DNA from: Spirochaetaceae bacterium
Lineage (GTDB): Bacteria > Spirochaetota > Spirochaetia > SZUA-6 > Bin103
Assembly (NCBI GenBank): GCA_028821475.1
Contig: JAPPGB010000086.1
Location: 54,896-118,895 of the forward strand
Length of the DNA stretch: 64,000 nucleotides
Direction of reading: 5' to 3'
The translations under genes and the position numbers were made by a program. The stretch's first letter is position 1. Each line of letters begins with the position of its first letter. A model generated the notes under the pieces. The model was not told the origin of the DNA and made no database searches. It worked only from the letters and a program-made list of their open reading frames with translations. This document shows positions 34,331 through 44,884 of the stretch, one piece after another.

Positions 34331-35581
34331 ATGGATCGGACCCGCGTCGTAATAACCGGGCTGGGAGCGGTGAGTTCCCTGGGCAACACCGCGGCCGACA
34401 CTTGGCAGTCGGCGCGCGACGGCATCATCGGAATCGGTCCGTTGACCAAGTTCGAGGCGGACGGGCACGCCGCCAAGGTAGCGAGCGAGGTGCATGACCT
34501 GCCGGTACACGACTACCTCGACCGCCGCGAAGCGCGCCGCATGGACCTGTTCACGGTGTACGCCATGATCGCTTCGATGCAGGCGCTGCACGACGCCGGC
34601 CTGGACGGCACGGGAGCGCTGGCGGCGGAGCGCACCGGCATCATGCTCGGCGTCGGATTCGGCGGCGTGCAGGCGTTCGAAAACGCCTGGGACAAGCTGA
34701 ACAGCCGCGCCCCGGCCGGCGTGGAGCCGCTGTTCATACCCAAGATGATGGCCAACAGCCCGGTCGGGCAGCTCGCGATCAAGTTCGGGATCACCGGACC
34801 GAGCCTGGTGATCGCCTCCGCCTGCACCTCGGCCACCGACGCCATCGGGCGGGCGCTGCGCTGCATCCGCGCCGGCTTGTGCGACGTGATGATCACCGGC
34901 GGTGCGGAGGCGTTGCTGTCGCCCATCTGCTTCGCCGGATTCGGTAACCTGCAGGCCCTCACCACCAGCTTCAACGACACACCGGAGCGGGCCAGCCGCC
35001 CGTTCGACAAGGACCGCAGCGGCTTCGTGCTCGCCGAGGGCGCCGGCATCCTGGTGATCGAATCGGCCGACCACGCGGCCGCGCGCGGTGCACCGGTGTA
35101 CGCCGAACTCGCCGGCTACGGCGCCACCTGCGACGCGCACCACCTCACCGCCCCGCACCCCGAGGGGCTCGGCGCCCAGTCGGCGATGCGGATGGCAATG
35201 CGCACCGGCGGGCTGGAACCGCACGAGGTGGACTACGTGAACGCCCACGGCACCTCCACGCCGCTGAACGACCCGATCGAGACGGCCGCCATCAAGGGGG
35301 TGTTCGGCGAGCACGCGTATCGGCTCAGGGTGTCGTCCACCAAGTCGATGGTCGGCCACCTGCTCGGCGGGTCCGGCGGCGTGGAGGCGGTGGTTACCAT
35401 CAAGGCGCTGCACGAGCAGTTCTACCCGCCGACCGCCAATCTGGAAGAGCCGGATCCGGCGTGCGACCTGGACTACGTCGCGCAGCGCGGCGTGGCCGCT
35501 CCGATGCGCGCCGCCCTGTCCAACAGTTTCGGGTTCGGAGGCCACAACGGGGTCATTTCCCTGAAGCGCGCCGGCGGTTGA
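34331..35581 (+). CDS. fabF: 3-oxoacyl-ACP synthase II
   Basis: The KAS II N-terminus (RVVITGLGAVSSLG), active-site Cys region and C-terminal GHNG motifs are present. Confidence 0.85.
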   Translation: MDRTRVVITGLGAVSSLGNTAADTWQSARDGIIGIGPLTKFEADGHAAKVASEVHDLPVHDYLDRREARRMDLFTVYAMIASMQALHDAGLDGTGALAAERTGIMLGVGFGGVQAFENAWDKLNSRAPAGVEPLFIPKMMANSPVGQLAIKFGITGPSLVIASACTSATDAIGRALRCIRAGLCDVMITGGAEALLSPICFAGFGNLQALTTSFNDTPERASRPFDKDRSGFVLAEGAGILVIESADHAAARGAPVYAELAGYGATCDAHHLTAPHPEGLGAQSAMRMAMRTGGLEPHEVDYVNAHGTSTPLNDPIETAAIKGVFGEHAYRLRVSSTKSMVGHLLGGSGGVEAVVTIKALHEQFYPPTANLEEPDPACDLDYVAQRGVAAPMRAALSNSFGFGGHNGVISLKRAGG

Positions 35582-36381
35582 TCCACCTGGACACACTCCA
35601 CCTGCCGCCGGTGCGCCTCACGCCGCCCGCGGAGACGCGGGCCGAGATGCGGATCGCCGGCCTCACCTTTCCGGTCATCGTAAGCCACGAACGGCGCCGC
35701 GACGCGCGTGCCACCATCGGGCGGCGGGGCGTGCTGATTCGCCTCCCGGTGGGAGAGCCGATCGCGTGGTGCGACCGGCAGGTGACCTCGCTGCTGCACT
35801 GGGCGGCGCGCACCATCGCCCGCGACCCGGGCCGATTCCGCATCCGGCCGCCGCGCAGCTATCACCACGATCAACGGCTCAGCATCGCGGACAGCGAGTT
35901 CCGCCTGCACCTGGAGCATACGGACCGCGCCAGCAACGCGGTGCGCCTGGGCGAGGTGGACCGTACCACCGGTTGCCGGACGCTGCACCTGATCCTTGCC
36001 GCCGGCCAGACCGAGGAGCAGCGCAACCACGCGCTGCCGCGCCTGGTGAGCCGCGGCCTGGCGCTGGCCAAGGAGCCGGAGCTGCGCGGGCAGGTGGAGG
36101 ATCTCAACGACACCTACTTTCGCCGTCCGCTCGGCACCGTCCGTTACCGGTATGCGCGCAGCCGCTGGGGGAGTTGCTCGGCGCGCGGCAACATCAGCAT
36201 CGCCACCCGCCTGCTGCTCGCTCCGCCGGATGTGTTCGAGTACGTGTTGGTGCACGAACTGGCCCACCTCGTGGAGCTCAATCACTCGTCCCGGTTCTGG
36301 AACCTGGTGGAGTGCGTGGTGCCCGACTTCCGTACCCACCAGGCCTGGCTGCGCCGGCACCACCAAGACTGCCAGATATAG
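35578..36381 (+). CDS. YgjP-like M48-family metallohydrolase (DUF45)
   Basis: It has an HExxH motif (VHELAHLVELNHS). The TTG start overlaps the fabF stop. Confidence 0.6.
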   Translation: MIHLDTLHLPPVRLTPPAETRAEMRIAGLTFPVIVSHERRRDARATIGRRGVLIRLPVGEPIAWCDRQVTSLLHWAARTIARDPGRFRIRPPRSYHHDQRLSIADSEFRLHLEHTDRASNAVRLGEVDRTTGCRTLHLILAAGQTEEQRNHALPRLVSRGLALAKEPELRGQVEDLNDTYFRRPLGTVRYRYARSRWGSCSARGNISIATRLLLAPPDVFEYVLVHELAHLVELNHSSRFWNLVECVVPDFRTHQAWLRRHHQDCQI

Positions 36382-36481
36382 CGCCCCGGAATCGCCGCCT
36401 GCGGCCGCGCTGCCGGCGCAACCGGCCTCCAGCGAGTTGGCTTGCGCCCGCTACGACGATGCCACATAATCGCCCGCGAAC

Positions 36482-37771
36482 ATGGCTACTGAAGCTGCTC
36501 CCCAGGTGCGCGCCGTCACCCTGGGCCTGGCGCCCAGTTTCGGGTTCGGCGACCGCATCGGGCTCGCCACGCCGGGACACGTGGCGGCGATGGTGCGCAA
36601 CGGCGCCGGCATCGAACCGATCTTCGCCCAGCAATCGATCCGCGAGATGGAGCGCACCGACCGCTCGCCAACCGAGGTGCTGCACGACGCCCTGCACGGC
36701 ATGGTCGCCAGTTCGTGGTCGGGAGGCACCGGCGCCGACGCCGACCACCTGAAGACCACCGCGGACGTCGACGCCACGCACGCGGCGGGTTACACCTTCT
36801 ACACGATCGATCCGTCCGACTACGTCGACGAGCACGCGGACAGCTACGACGAATCCACCCTGCGGGCCCGGTATGCCGCCGTGCGCGACGAGACGGACTG
36901 GGTTGCGCGCTACCAGGGCCGCGAGGTCACCTGCGGCGCCACCACCGTCACCTTCGACGAGCTGGCCTGCGTACGCTGCGCGGTGAAGTATGGCCGAGCC
37001 ATCCGCCACGCGCTGATGCTCGGCGATCACATTCGCGCCGTCAACGAAGCGGCTGGCACCGACTACGAAATCGAGCTCAGCGTCGACGAGACCGAACAGC
37101 CCACCACGCTCGCGGAACACTACATCGTGGCCGAGCTGTGCATCGAAAGCGGCATGAAACTGGTGTCGCTGGCGCCGCGCTACGTCGGCGACTTCGAGAA
37201 GGGCGTGGACTACAAGGGGGACGTGGCCGCGCTTGAGCGTTCGCTCGGCCAGCATGCCGACATTGCCGACGCGCTCGGACCCTACAAGCTGTCACTGCAC
37301 TCCGGCTCCGACAAGCTGTCGATGTACCCCGCCTTCGCACGCGCCAGCCGCGGCCGCTTCCACGTCAAGACCGCCGGCACCAGCTACCTGGAGGCGTTGC
37401 GCGTGGTGGCGCGCCACGACGAGGCGCTGTTTCGCCGCATCGTCCACTTCGGGCGCGCGCGCTACGACACCGACAAGGCCACCTACCACGTGTCGGCGAC
37501 GGTCGAAGGAGTACCACCCGCCGAGGCGATAGACGACGCGACCGAGCTCGAGCATCTCTACCTGGAGTTGTGGGACCGCGTTCCCGCGGGCAACGGGTTC
37601 ACGCAGCCGGGACGCCAGGTTCTGCACTGCACGTTCGGATCGACGCTGCGGGATGCCGAGTTGGGTCCTGCGATCGTCGCGGTGCTGCACGCGCATCCCG
37701 ATACCTACTGCGAAGTGCTCGCCGACCACTTCGCGCGCCACCTCGGCGCCCTGCGCGCGGGACTGACCTGA
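36482..37771 (+). CDS. Tagaturonate/fructuronate epimerase (UxaE) family protein
   Basis: Overall similarity to UxaE-type sugar epimerases. This is a tentative call. Confidence 0.45.
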   Translation: MATEAAPQVRAVTLGLAPSFGFGDRIGLATPGHVAAMVRNGAGIEPIFAQQSIREMERTDRSPTEVLHDALHGMVASSWSGGTGADADHLKTTADVDATHAAGYTFYTIDPSDYVDEHADSYDESTLRARYAAVRDETDWVARYQGREVTCGATTVTFDELACVRCAVKYGRAIRHALMLGDHIRAVNEAAGTDYEIELSVDETEQPTTLAEHYIVAELCIESGMKLVSLAPRYVGDFEKGVDYKGDVAALERSLGQHADIADALGPYKLSLHSGSDKLSMYPAFARASRGRFHVKTAGTSYLEALRVVARHDEALFRRIVHFGRARYDTDKATYHVSATVEGVPPAEAIDDATELEHLYLELWDRVPAGNGFTQPGRQVLHCTFGSTLRDAELGPAIVAVLHAHPDTYCEVLADHFARHLGALRAGLT

Positions 37772-37802
37772 GTCGCGTACGAGCACCGCGGAGCCTCGCA
37801 CC

Positions 37803-38228
37803 GTGAATCCCGCGCTGCTGATTACGGTCGCCATCCAGTTCGGTTGCCAGGCCTTCAAGGTGGTGTATTACTCGATTCGCAACCGCCGCCTGGAAGCGCA
37901 TCGCCTGTTCTCCACCGGCGGCATGCCGAGCGCCCACTCCGCGTTCGTCAGCGCGCTGACCGTCTCAGTGGGCCTGGTGGAGGGCTGGGCGTCCGCGGCG
38001 TTCACGGTGTCGGTGGTGCTGGCCGCCATCGTCGTGTTCGACGCGATACGCCTGCGCCGCACCGTGGACCACCACAGCCGGGTGCTGCACGAACTGATCG
38101 CACTGCTGCCCGACAGGCGACCGGCGTTCAACCCGCCGGTCGTGGGGCACAGCACCTCCGAGGTGGTGGTTGGCATCGCGGTCGGGGCGGTGTTCTCGAC
38201 CCTTGCCTACCAGTTGTTCGTGGCTTGA
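37803..38228 (+). CDS. Divergent PAP2 family membrane protein
   Basis: Conserved motifs (GGMPSAHSAFVSAL ... GHSTSEVVVG) typical of the divergent PAP2 family (PF02681). Confidence 0.65.
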   Translation: MNPALLITVAIQFGCQAFKVVYYSIRNRRLEAHRLFSTGGMPSAHSAFVSALTVSVGLVEGWASAAFTVSVVLAAIVVFDAIRLRRTVDHHSRVLHELIALLPDRRPAFNPPVVGHSTSEVVVGIAVGAVFSTLAYQLFVA

Positions 38229-38342
38229 ACCCTGCTATCGCCAACCCACCCATCGCCGCTGTGGCTCGCGGCCCGTGGTGGAACCCGGCGTCGCACCGAG
38301 AGCGGCGTGCCGGCCGGAGTTCGCCACCGGCCTGCGGGAGAG

Positions 38343-39215
38343 CTATACGGCGCCGCCCAGGCCGGTGCCGGCCACCCGGTACAGCTCGCCGCCGGAAAAC
38401 GTCACGTACAGCACGCCGAGCCCCGCCTCGGCGAAGGTGCAGTTGGTGGGCTTGTCGGTGGGCGCCGGATGCGTTGACACCACCCGTCCGGACGGCTCGA
38501 ACACGTAGATCATCGGCCCGGGGCCGCGCTCGCGGTGCCCGGCCGTAGCCACGATCAGCCCGTCGGTGGTGCGTGTCATGCCGTCGACGCCGCGCCCGTC
38601 GGCGAAGTCGTGCAGCACGCGGTGCTCGCCGAGGGAGCCGTCGGCGGCGATCGGGTAGGCGCGCAACTGGCGCCGCTGATCGCGCCGGTGCGGGCTCTCG
38701 GCCACGTACAACTCGCTCTCGTCGGCGTTCAGCAGGACGCCGTTGGGCCGGTTGGTGTCGAAGGTGACGCGCCGCGCCGTGCCGCCCGGCGTGCCGGACG
38801 GCATGCCGGCGGGATCGACGCAGTACACCGACTCGTGGTCGAGCTGCATGGGGCGGCCGCCGTAGTTGGGGTCGCTGAACCAGATGCGCCCGCTCTCCGC
38901 CTGGGCGAGATCGTTGGGCTCGTTGAACTGCTTGCCCTCGAAGCGGTCGGCGATCACCTCGGCGGGCGCATCGGCGACGTAGCGCACCACGCGCCGCCCG
39001 CCGCCCTCACACGCCAGCAGGCCGCCGCCGGGGGCGCGCAGCAGGCCGTTGGCGCGCTGCGTGCCCTCGCGCCACACCACCCGCTCGCCGCTGGCGGGAT
39101 CGTAGCGCCAGGTGCGGTTGGCGTATATCTCGGAGTAGAACAGGTAGCGGCCGTCCCACACCGGTCCCTCGGTGATGAATTCGTGGTGGTGGATCAACTC
39201 CCACTGCCAGCCCAT
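38343..39215 (-). CDS. SMP-30/gluconolactonase/LRE family protein
   Basis: It has the N-terminal GEGPVWD motif and beta-propeller repeats. Its ATG overlaps the upstream stop codon. Confidence 0.75.
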   Translation of the reverse strand: MGWQWELIHHHEFITEGPVWDGRYLFYSEIYANRTWRYDPASGERVVWREGTQRANGLLRAPGGGLLACEGGGRRVVRYVADAPAEVIADRFEGKQFNEPNDLAQAESGRIWFSDPNYGGRPMQLDHESVYCVDPAGMPSGTPGGTARRVTFDTNRPNGVLLNADESELYVAESPHRRDQRRQLRAYPIAADGSLGEHRVLHDFADGRGVDGMTRTTDGLIVATAGHRERGPGPMIYVFEPSGRVVSTHPAPTDKPTNCTFAEAGLGVLYVTFSGGELYRVAGTGLGGAV

Positions 39216-40237
39216 CAGCCGTTCTCCCGTCCGGGCATGGTCACCGCGGCGGCGCGGCGCTGCACCATCTCCCCCTCCATCGCCTGCGGGTAGCGCGCCG
39301 CCGGCTCGCTCACCTCGGTGAGCGCGTCGCGCAGCGCCGGATCGAGACGCCAGCCGGCGGCGCCCAGGTTCTGGGACAACTGCCCGACGTCGCGCGCGCC
39401 CACGATTACGGAGGTAATGCCCGGTCGCTCCAGCACCCAGCGCAGTGCCACCTGGGCGGGCGTCCGGCCGCTCTCCGAAGCCCGATCCAGCAGCAGCGCC
39501 AGGGTGGCGTCCGCGGTCGGCGCGAAGTACGCCCGCGGGTAGGCCCATCCGTCCGCCGAACGGCTGCCCTCGCGCACCTGCGTGCCGGGGCGGTACCTGC
39601 CGGCAAGGAAGCCGCCCGCCAGCGGAGCCCACACCGCCACGCCGAGCCGCTTGTACCGGCACAGCGGCAGCAGCTCCAGCTCGATGTCGCGCACTACCAG
39701 GCTGTATTGCGGCTGGTAGCAGGCGAATCGCGCCAGCCCGTGGTGGTCGCTGAGCCACAGCGCCTCGCTCAGCCGCCACGCCTCGTAGTTGCTGCACGCC
39801 GGGTAGCGCACCTTGCCCTGCCGCACGAGCGCATCGACGGCGTACAGCATCTCGTCCAGCTCGGTCTCCACGTCGACGTGGTGGATGTAGTAGATGTCGA
39901 TCCAGTCGGTGCCGAGCCGGCGCAGGCTGTCCTCCACGGCTGCCATGATGTGCACGCGCGACATGCCGGAGTCGTTGATGCCGCCGCCCATCGGATTGAA
40001 GAACTTGGTGGCCACTACCGCGTCCCGGCGCCGGCCGGCCAGCGCCTTGCCGAGCATGCGCTCCGATTCGCCCTCGGCGTAGGAGTTGGCGGTGTCGAAG
40101 AAGTTGACGCCCGCGTCGAAGGCGGCGTTCACCATGGCGGCGGCAGCATCGGCGTCGGCCGTCACCCCGAAGGTCATCGTTCCCAGGCACAGTTCGGACA
40201 CCTTCAGGCCCGAACGCCCCATGCGGCGATATTCCAT
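39215..40237 (-). CDS. Aldo/keto reductase
   Basis: The N-terminus MEYRRMGRSGLKVSELCLGTMTFG is typical of the AKR family. Confidence 0.8.
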   Translation of the reverse strand: MEYRRMGRSGLKVSELCLGTMTFGVTADADAAAAMVNAAFDAGVNFFDTANSYAEGESERMLGKALAGRRRDAVVATKFFNPMGGGINDSGMSRVHIMAAVEDSLRRLGTDWIDIYYIHHVDVETELDEMLYAVDALVRQGKVRYPACSNYEAWRLSEALWLSDHHGLARFACYQPQYSLVVRDIELELLPLCRYKRLGVAVWAPLAGGFLAGRYRPGTQVREGSRSADGWAYPRAYFAPTADATLALLLDRASESGRTPAQVALRWVLERPGITSVIVGARDVGQLSQNLGAAGWRLDPALRDALTEVSEPAARYPQAMEGEMVQRRAAAVTMPGRENG

Positions 40238-40346
40238 GTTTTGCGACCGCACGATAACACGAACCACGGCACCCAAACATCGCAGTTCCACTGCATCCGG
40301 CCGGCATTGCACAGGCCGGGGGCGGGACACCATAGTCTTCGGCGAT

Positions 40347-41318
40347 ATGACACAACTGGGAATCGGATTCTTCGGCGCCGGAGTGGTGGCCAACCTGCAC
40401 GCGCAGGCGGTGCGGCGCTGCGCCGGGGCGCGGCTGGTGGGAGTGTGGAACCGCACCCCGGCGCGGGCCGAGCAGAAGGCGCGCGCCTGGGGCTGCGCGC
40501 GCTACGGCAGCGCCGACGATCTGCTCGCCGACCCCGCCATCGACGCCGTGCACGTGCTCACCAACCTGGAGAGTCACCACGAACTCACCCTGAAGGCGCT
40601 GGCGGCCGGCAAGCACGTGCTGGTGGAAAAGCCGGTCAGCGTCACGGTGGCCGAGATCGAGGAGATGGCTGCGCGCGCCGACGCCGCGGGCCTGGTGTGC
40701 ATGCCGGGCCACAACTACATCTACGAGGACGGCGTGCGGCGCGCCGGCGAGCTGATCGCCGGTGGCGCGCTCGGGCGGCTGATCGCGGTGTACGTGCTGT
40801 ACAACATTCACCACGCCGAGCAGCACGTGCGCACGATTCCGGGCGTGATCCGCCAGATCCTGACCCACCACGCCTACATTCTGCTCTACCTCGCCGGACG
40901 GCCGGTCGAGCTGAGCGCCATGAAGGCCACCCTCCACTACCGGACCATTACCCAGGAGGACATCGCCCTGGTGAACCTGCGCATGGGTTCGGGGGCGCTC
41001 GCCCACCTGCAGGCCAGCTTCGCCGCCGACGACCACACCGCCGACCCGTGGACGGTGCTGATCAAGGCGATCGGCACCGACGGCGCCACCCGCTACAGCT
41101 ACCGCGACTGGGTGCAGAACCAGCCCGCCGAGGTCCACTCGCAAACCTACAGCGCCTACCCCTACTCGATCTACCGCGAGGTCGAGCATTTCGTCGCCCA
41201 CGTGCGCGACGGCGGCCCGGCGCCGCTGTCCACCATGGCCGACGCGGTCCACGCCCAGCGGATCGTCGAGGCTGCCGAGCGCTCGGCTGACTCGGGGCGA
41301 TTGGAGAGCCTTGAATAG
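40347..41318 (+). CDS. Gfo/Idh/MocA family oxidoreductase
   Basis: It has a Rossmann N-terminus (IGFFGAGVVANLHA) and a GFO_IDH_MocA C-terminal domain. Confidence 0.75.
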   Translation: MTQLGIGFFGAGVVANLHAQAVRRCAGARLVGVWNRTPARAEQKARAWGCARYGSADDLLADPAIDAVHVLTNLESHHELTLKALAAGKHVLVEKPVSVTVAEIEEMAARADAAGLVCMPGHNYIYEDGVRRAGELIAGGALGRLIAVYVLYNIHHAEQHVRTIPGVIRQILTHHAYILLYLAGRPVELSAMKATLHYRTITQEDIALVNLRMGSGALAHLQASFAADDHTADPWTVLIKAIGTDGATRYSYRDWVQNQPAEVHSQTYSAYPYSIYREVEHFVAHVRDGGPAPLSTMADAVHAQRIVEAAERSADSGRLESLE

Positions 41319-41424
41319 AAGGCTGTCGGATTGCGACAGCCTCCTGTTCGGCCGGACGGGATGAGCCGACACCGGCGCCGGCAGGCGGCGGTTTTGGGGT
41401 GCCTGCCGGCGCCGATCGAACGCG

Positions 41425-43671
41425 CTACAGGCGTCGCCAGGCGTAGAACGCGACGGTGGCGGCGAGCAGGAAGCGGTAGTGGTCGAGAGCGCCGGTGACC
41501 GGTCGCTGCAACGCCTCGGTGAGCGTGGCGGTGAGCGGCACGTCGCGCACCGCGACCGGGATCAGCTCCAGCGCGTCGCCGGAGGCGGCGCGGAACGCCG
41601 GCAGGTCCGCGAACGTGGCCACCAGCGCGGTGACCAGGTGCAGCGCCGCCGGCTCCAGCCGGGCGCGCTCCTGCTGCTCGGCGACGTAGTCGGTGAGCAG
41701 AGCCAGACCGCGCCGCGCGTCGGCGAGGAATCCCTGGTACAGCGGGTAGAAGCTGTTCGCCATCTCCAGGATACCGGCGGCGGACAGGACCACCTCGTCG
41801 CGCACGTACCGCCTCGGCGCCCATTCCAGCACCGCCAGCACGTCGTCCAGGGACGCGGGATCGCCGAACAGCTCCAGCGCGGCCGCGCCGTGGATCAGGA
41901 GGCGCGGGTTCCGGGTCGACCGGAACAACTCCTCGATGGTGGCGCGGCTGGCCTGGTCGCCGAGCCGGGCCAGCGACACCATCGCCTTCCCGACCAGGTA
42001 TACGTCGGGGGAGGCGAGGCTTGTGCGCAGCACCTCCACCCCGTCGGCGAGCCGCTTGCGCCCGATCAGGTCGGCGGCCTTGTGCGCGGTCGTGAATGGC
42101 TGCCCGGCCACCTCCGCGATCAGGGCGCGCGTCAGTTCGTCGGTGGCCGGCATGTCGGCGAGCGAGTCCAGCGCCTCCGAGCGCACCGCGAACCGCGGCG
42201 AATCGAGGCGGCGCAGCAGGTCGGGAGCCGCCAGCCGCGACCGCGCGTCGCCGAGCCGGCGTACCAGCGACTGTTCGTTGTCCGGGGTGCGGCTGCCTTT
42301 CAGCCGATGCAGCAACGCCAGCGCCCGCAGGTCGCGTGGCGACGCGAACAGGCCCAGCAGGTCGTGCACCCGGTAGGCGCCCAGCCGCTCCAGGCGCGAC
42401 GCCAGCAGCACGATGCCGACGTAGGCGGCCGCGACCGCACCGAAGTAGATGCGGTACACGTCGGAGGTCTCCAGCACGCGGATCGAGGCCAGACGGTCCA
42501 GCGCCAGGCCGCCGCCCAGCGATCCCAGTGACGCCGGGATGCCGATCACCAGGAAGTAGAGGATGCCCAGGTTGAGCCGGTCGGCGCTCGGCGTGAGGTT
42601 GAAATAGTAGACGCTGTTGGCGCTGGTGCCACCGCTGGCCCCGAAGTTGGCAAAGAAGAACACGAACCCGAGGTAGACCCAGACCGCGGTCATGCTGTCG
42701 AGCGTCGGCGCCACGGCCAGCATCACCGTGGTCACGGCCAGCGTGGCGGTGAACAGCGTAATCAGCGGCTTGGCGCCGACCCGGTCGATCACGAACGCGC
42801 TCACCAAGGCCATGGCGATGGCGCCGCCGGCGCCCACCGCGCCGAGCAGCATCGCGGTATTGTCGCCGAGGCCGTGCACGCGCTTGGCATAGACCACCAG
42901 GAACGGAATCACCATGGAGACGGCGAAGCTGTGCAGCGCCAGCAGGACCAGGAAGCGTGGCACGCCGGTGCGCCGCAGCGTGCGTCCGAGCGACGCGAAG
43001 AAGCCGCCGGAGCGGTCGGGAGCGGGCGGCTCCGGGAAGCGGAACACCAGCCGCGTCGAGGACAGGCCGATCACGATGCCGGCTCCCATCAACAGGGAAT
43101 ACAACCACAGCGGGGACTGCTCCTGCAGCAGCAACCCGATCGCCAGCCCCGCACCGATGCCCGCGGCATGGATCACGAGTTGATTGCGAGACAGGAACGA
43201 CCCGCGCTCGGTTTCGGTGGTGATGGCGCCGACGATGGCGTTGTGTCCGGTGATGGCGACGCCGCGCGCCAGGTTGAAGCCGACCGCGGCCGCCACGATC
43301 AGCCAGATGCTGACCGGGGCGGCGCTATTTGCGAACAGGGGCGCCAGCAGGATCGGCGACATCAGCGCATAGCGGGCGATCCAGAAGATGCCCATGGTGC
43401 GCACCGTGCCGAGCCGGCGCACGATGAGGCGGCCGAGCAGCGGCACCAGTTGGCCGAGGGGGAAGAACGAATACAGCACGCCCACCAGCAGGTCGCCGGC
43501 GCCGAGGCGCAGGGCGTAGAGGGCGATCAGGTTGCCGGTCAGCAGGTGGAACGAGACGACGTTCAGGAACGAGAACAGCGTGAAGTTGCGCTGCGCGGCG
43601 CGCATCTGCCGCGGCGTCAGGCCATCGTCGCCGGCGGCAATTGCGGCGGTCATCTTCCGGTGCCGTCCCAC
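41425..43671 (-). CDS. MFS-type transporter fused to a C-terminal HEAT/armadillo-like repeat domain of about 330 aa
   Basis: The N-terminal half, of about 420 aa, has about 12 TM helices. The C-terminal half is a soluble helical repeat region. Confidence 0.6.
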   Translation of the reverse strand: MGRHRKMTAAIAAGDDGLTPRQMRAAQRNFTLFSFLNVVSFHLLTGNLIALYALRLGAGDLLVGVLYSFFPLGQLVPLLGRLIVRRLGTVRTMGIFWIARYALMSPILLAPLFANSAAPVSIWLIVAAAVGFNLARGVAITGHNAIVGAITTETERGSFLSRNQLVIHAAGIGAGLAIGLLLQEQSPLWLYSLLMGAGIVIGLSSTRLVFRFPEPPAPDRSGGFFASLGRTLRRTGVPRFLVLLALHSFAVSMVIPFLVVYAKRVHGLGDNTAMLLGAVGAGGAIAMALVSAFVIDRVGAKPLITLFTATLAVTTVMLAVAPTLDSMTAVWVYLGFVFFFANFGASGGTSANSVYYFNLTPSADRLNLGILYFLVIGIPASLGSLGGGLALDRLASIRVLETSDVYRIYFGAVAAAYVGIVLLASRLERLGAYRVHDLLGLFASPRDLRALALLHRLKGSRTPDNEQSLVRRLGDARSRLAAPDLLRRLDSPRFAVRSEALDSLADMPATDELTRALIAEVAGQPFTTAHKAADLIGRKRLADGVEVLRTSLASPDVYLVGKAMVSLARLGDQASRATIEELFRSTRNPRLLIHGAAALELFGDPASLDDVLAVLEWAPRRYVRDEVVLSAAGILEMANSFYPLYQGFLADARRGLALLTDYVAEQQERARLEPAALHLVTALVATFADLPAFRAASGDALELIPVAVRDVPLTATLTEALQRPVTGALDHYRFLLAATVAFYAWRRL

Positions 43672-43860
43672 GGCGGGCAGCTATTCACGGCGCCGAAAGT
43701 TACTCGCCGCCGGCGCGCCCCGGCAAGCGGCACCCGAGGGATCCGCACGCGCCGGCTCGGCCACGGCGCCGCCGGCTCCGACCGGCTCCGCATGCGTCCT
43801 TGTCGCGCCGGGCGCGGGTCACTATGATGCCGCCCGAGCGCAATCCTGGGAGCATGAATC

Positions 43861-44877
43861 TTGAAAGTAGTTCAGACGACCGATGACCGGCAGGTAAACC
43901 TGGCAGACGTTCCCGATCCGCGGGCGCAGGGCGAGTGGGTGGTGGTGAAGATCCACAGCGCACCCATGTGCACCGAGTACAAGGCGTACAAGGCGGGGCG
44001 CGGGCAACTGTCGATGGGCCACGAGGCGGCCGGCGAGGTGGTGGACGTGGACCAATCCAGCCTGATCAAGGTAGGCGACCGGGTAGCGGTGATGCCGCAG
44101 ACGAGCTGCGGCGTGTGCGACCTGTGCCTGGCCGGCGAGTACATCCACTGCGAGAACCAGCCCAGCCCAGAGAAGCTCGGCGTTTACGAGCACGGCACCG
44201 GCACCTACGCACAGTACGTGATCAAGCAGGACCGGTTCCTGGTTCCTATTCCCGACTCGATGTCGTACGACCACGGCAGCATGGCGTGCTGCGGTCTCGG
44301 CCCCACGTTCGGCGCCATGCAGCGTATGAACGTGGGCAGCGGCGAGACGGTGATGGTAACCGGCATCGGTCCCGTGGGCCTTGGGGCAATCGTCAATGTC
44401 CTGCACCGGCGCGCGCGGGCGATCGCGGTGGAGATGATTCCCTACCGGCGCAAGCTGGCCGAGAAGCTCGGTGCGGTGGCGATCGATCCGGCCGCCGACG
44501 GCGCCGTCGAGCAGGTGTGGGAGCTGACCGGCGGGCGCGGCGTCGATGCCGCGGTGGATTGCTCCGGCGTCGGCCCGGCGCAGCGGTTCGCGCTCGACTG
44601 CCTGCGCCGCCGCGGGCGCCTGGCGTTCGTCGGCCAGGGCGGTGAGGTGCCGCTGTACACCAGCCGCGACATGATCAGCCGCGGCCTCGCCCTGTACGGG
44701 GCGTGGCACTACAACCGCGCCGACGCCTCCAAGCTGCTCGGCGTGATCGCCGACTCCGGTGATCTGCTCGACAAGCAGATCACCCACCGCATGCCGATGA
44801 AGGACGCCCAGCGAGCGTTCGACCTGCAGCTCACCGGCGAGACCGGCAAGGTAATCCTCCACCCCTGGGAGGAGTAG
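43861..44877 (+). CDS. Zinc-dependent alcohol dehydrogenase (MDR family)
   Basis: It has a GHEAAGEV zinc motif, a structural-Zn Cys cluster and a GxGxxG (VTGIGPVG). Confidence 0.8.
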   Translation: MKVVQTTDDRQVNLADVPDPRAQGEWVVVKIHSAPMCTEYKAYKAGRGQLSMGHEAAGEVVDVDQSSLIKVGDRVAVMPQTSCGVCDLCLAGEYIHCENQPSPEKLGVYEHGTGTYAQYVIKQDRFLVPIPDSMSYDHGSMACCGLGPTFGAMQRMNVGSGETVMVTGIGPVGLGAIVNVLHRRARAIAVEMIPYRRKLAEKLGAVAIDPAADGAVEQVWELTGGRGVDAAVDCSGVGPAQRFALDCLRRRGRLAFVGQGGEVPLYTSRDMISRGLALYGAWHYNRADASKLLGVIADSGDLLDKQITHRMPMKDAQRAFDLQLTGETGKVILHPWEE

Positions 44878-44884
44878 CGGCCGG

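Noticed and set aside
38343-41372. 1009-aa minus-strand ORF
   Set aside because: It is a composite. Only the last 290 codons (38343-39215) are the SMP-30 gene. The remainder is out-of-frame or antisense to the AKR and Gfo genes.
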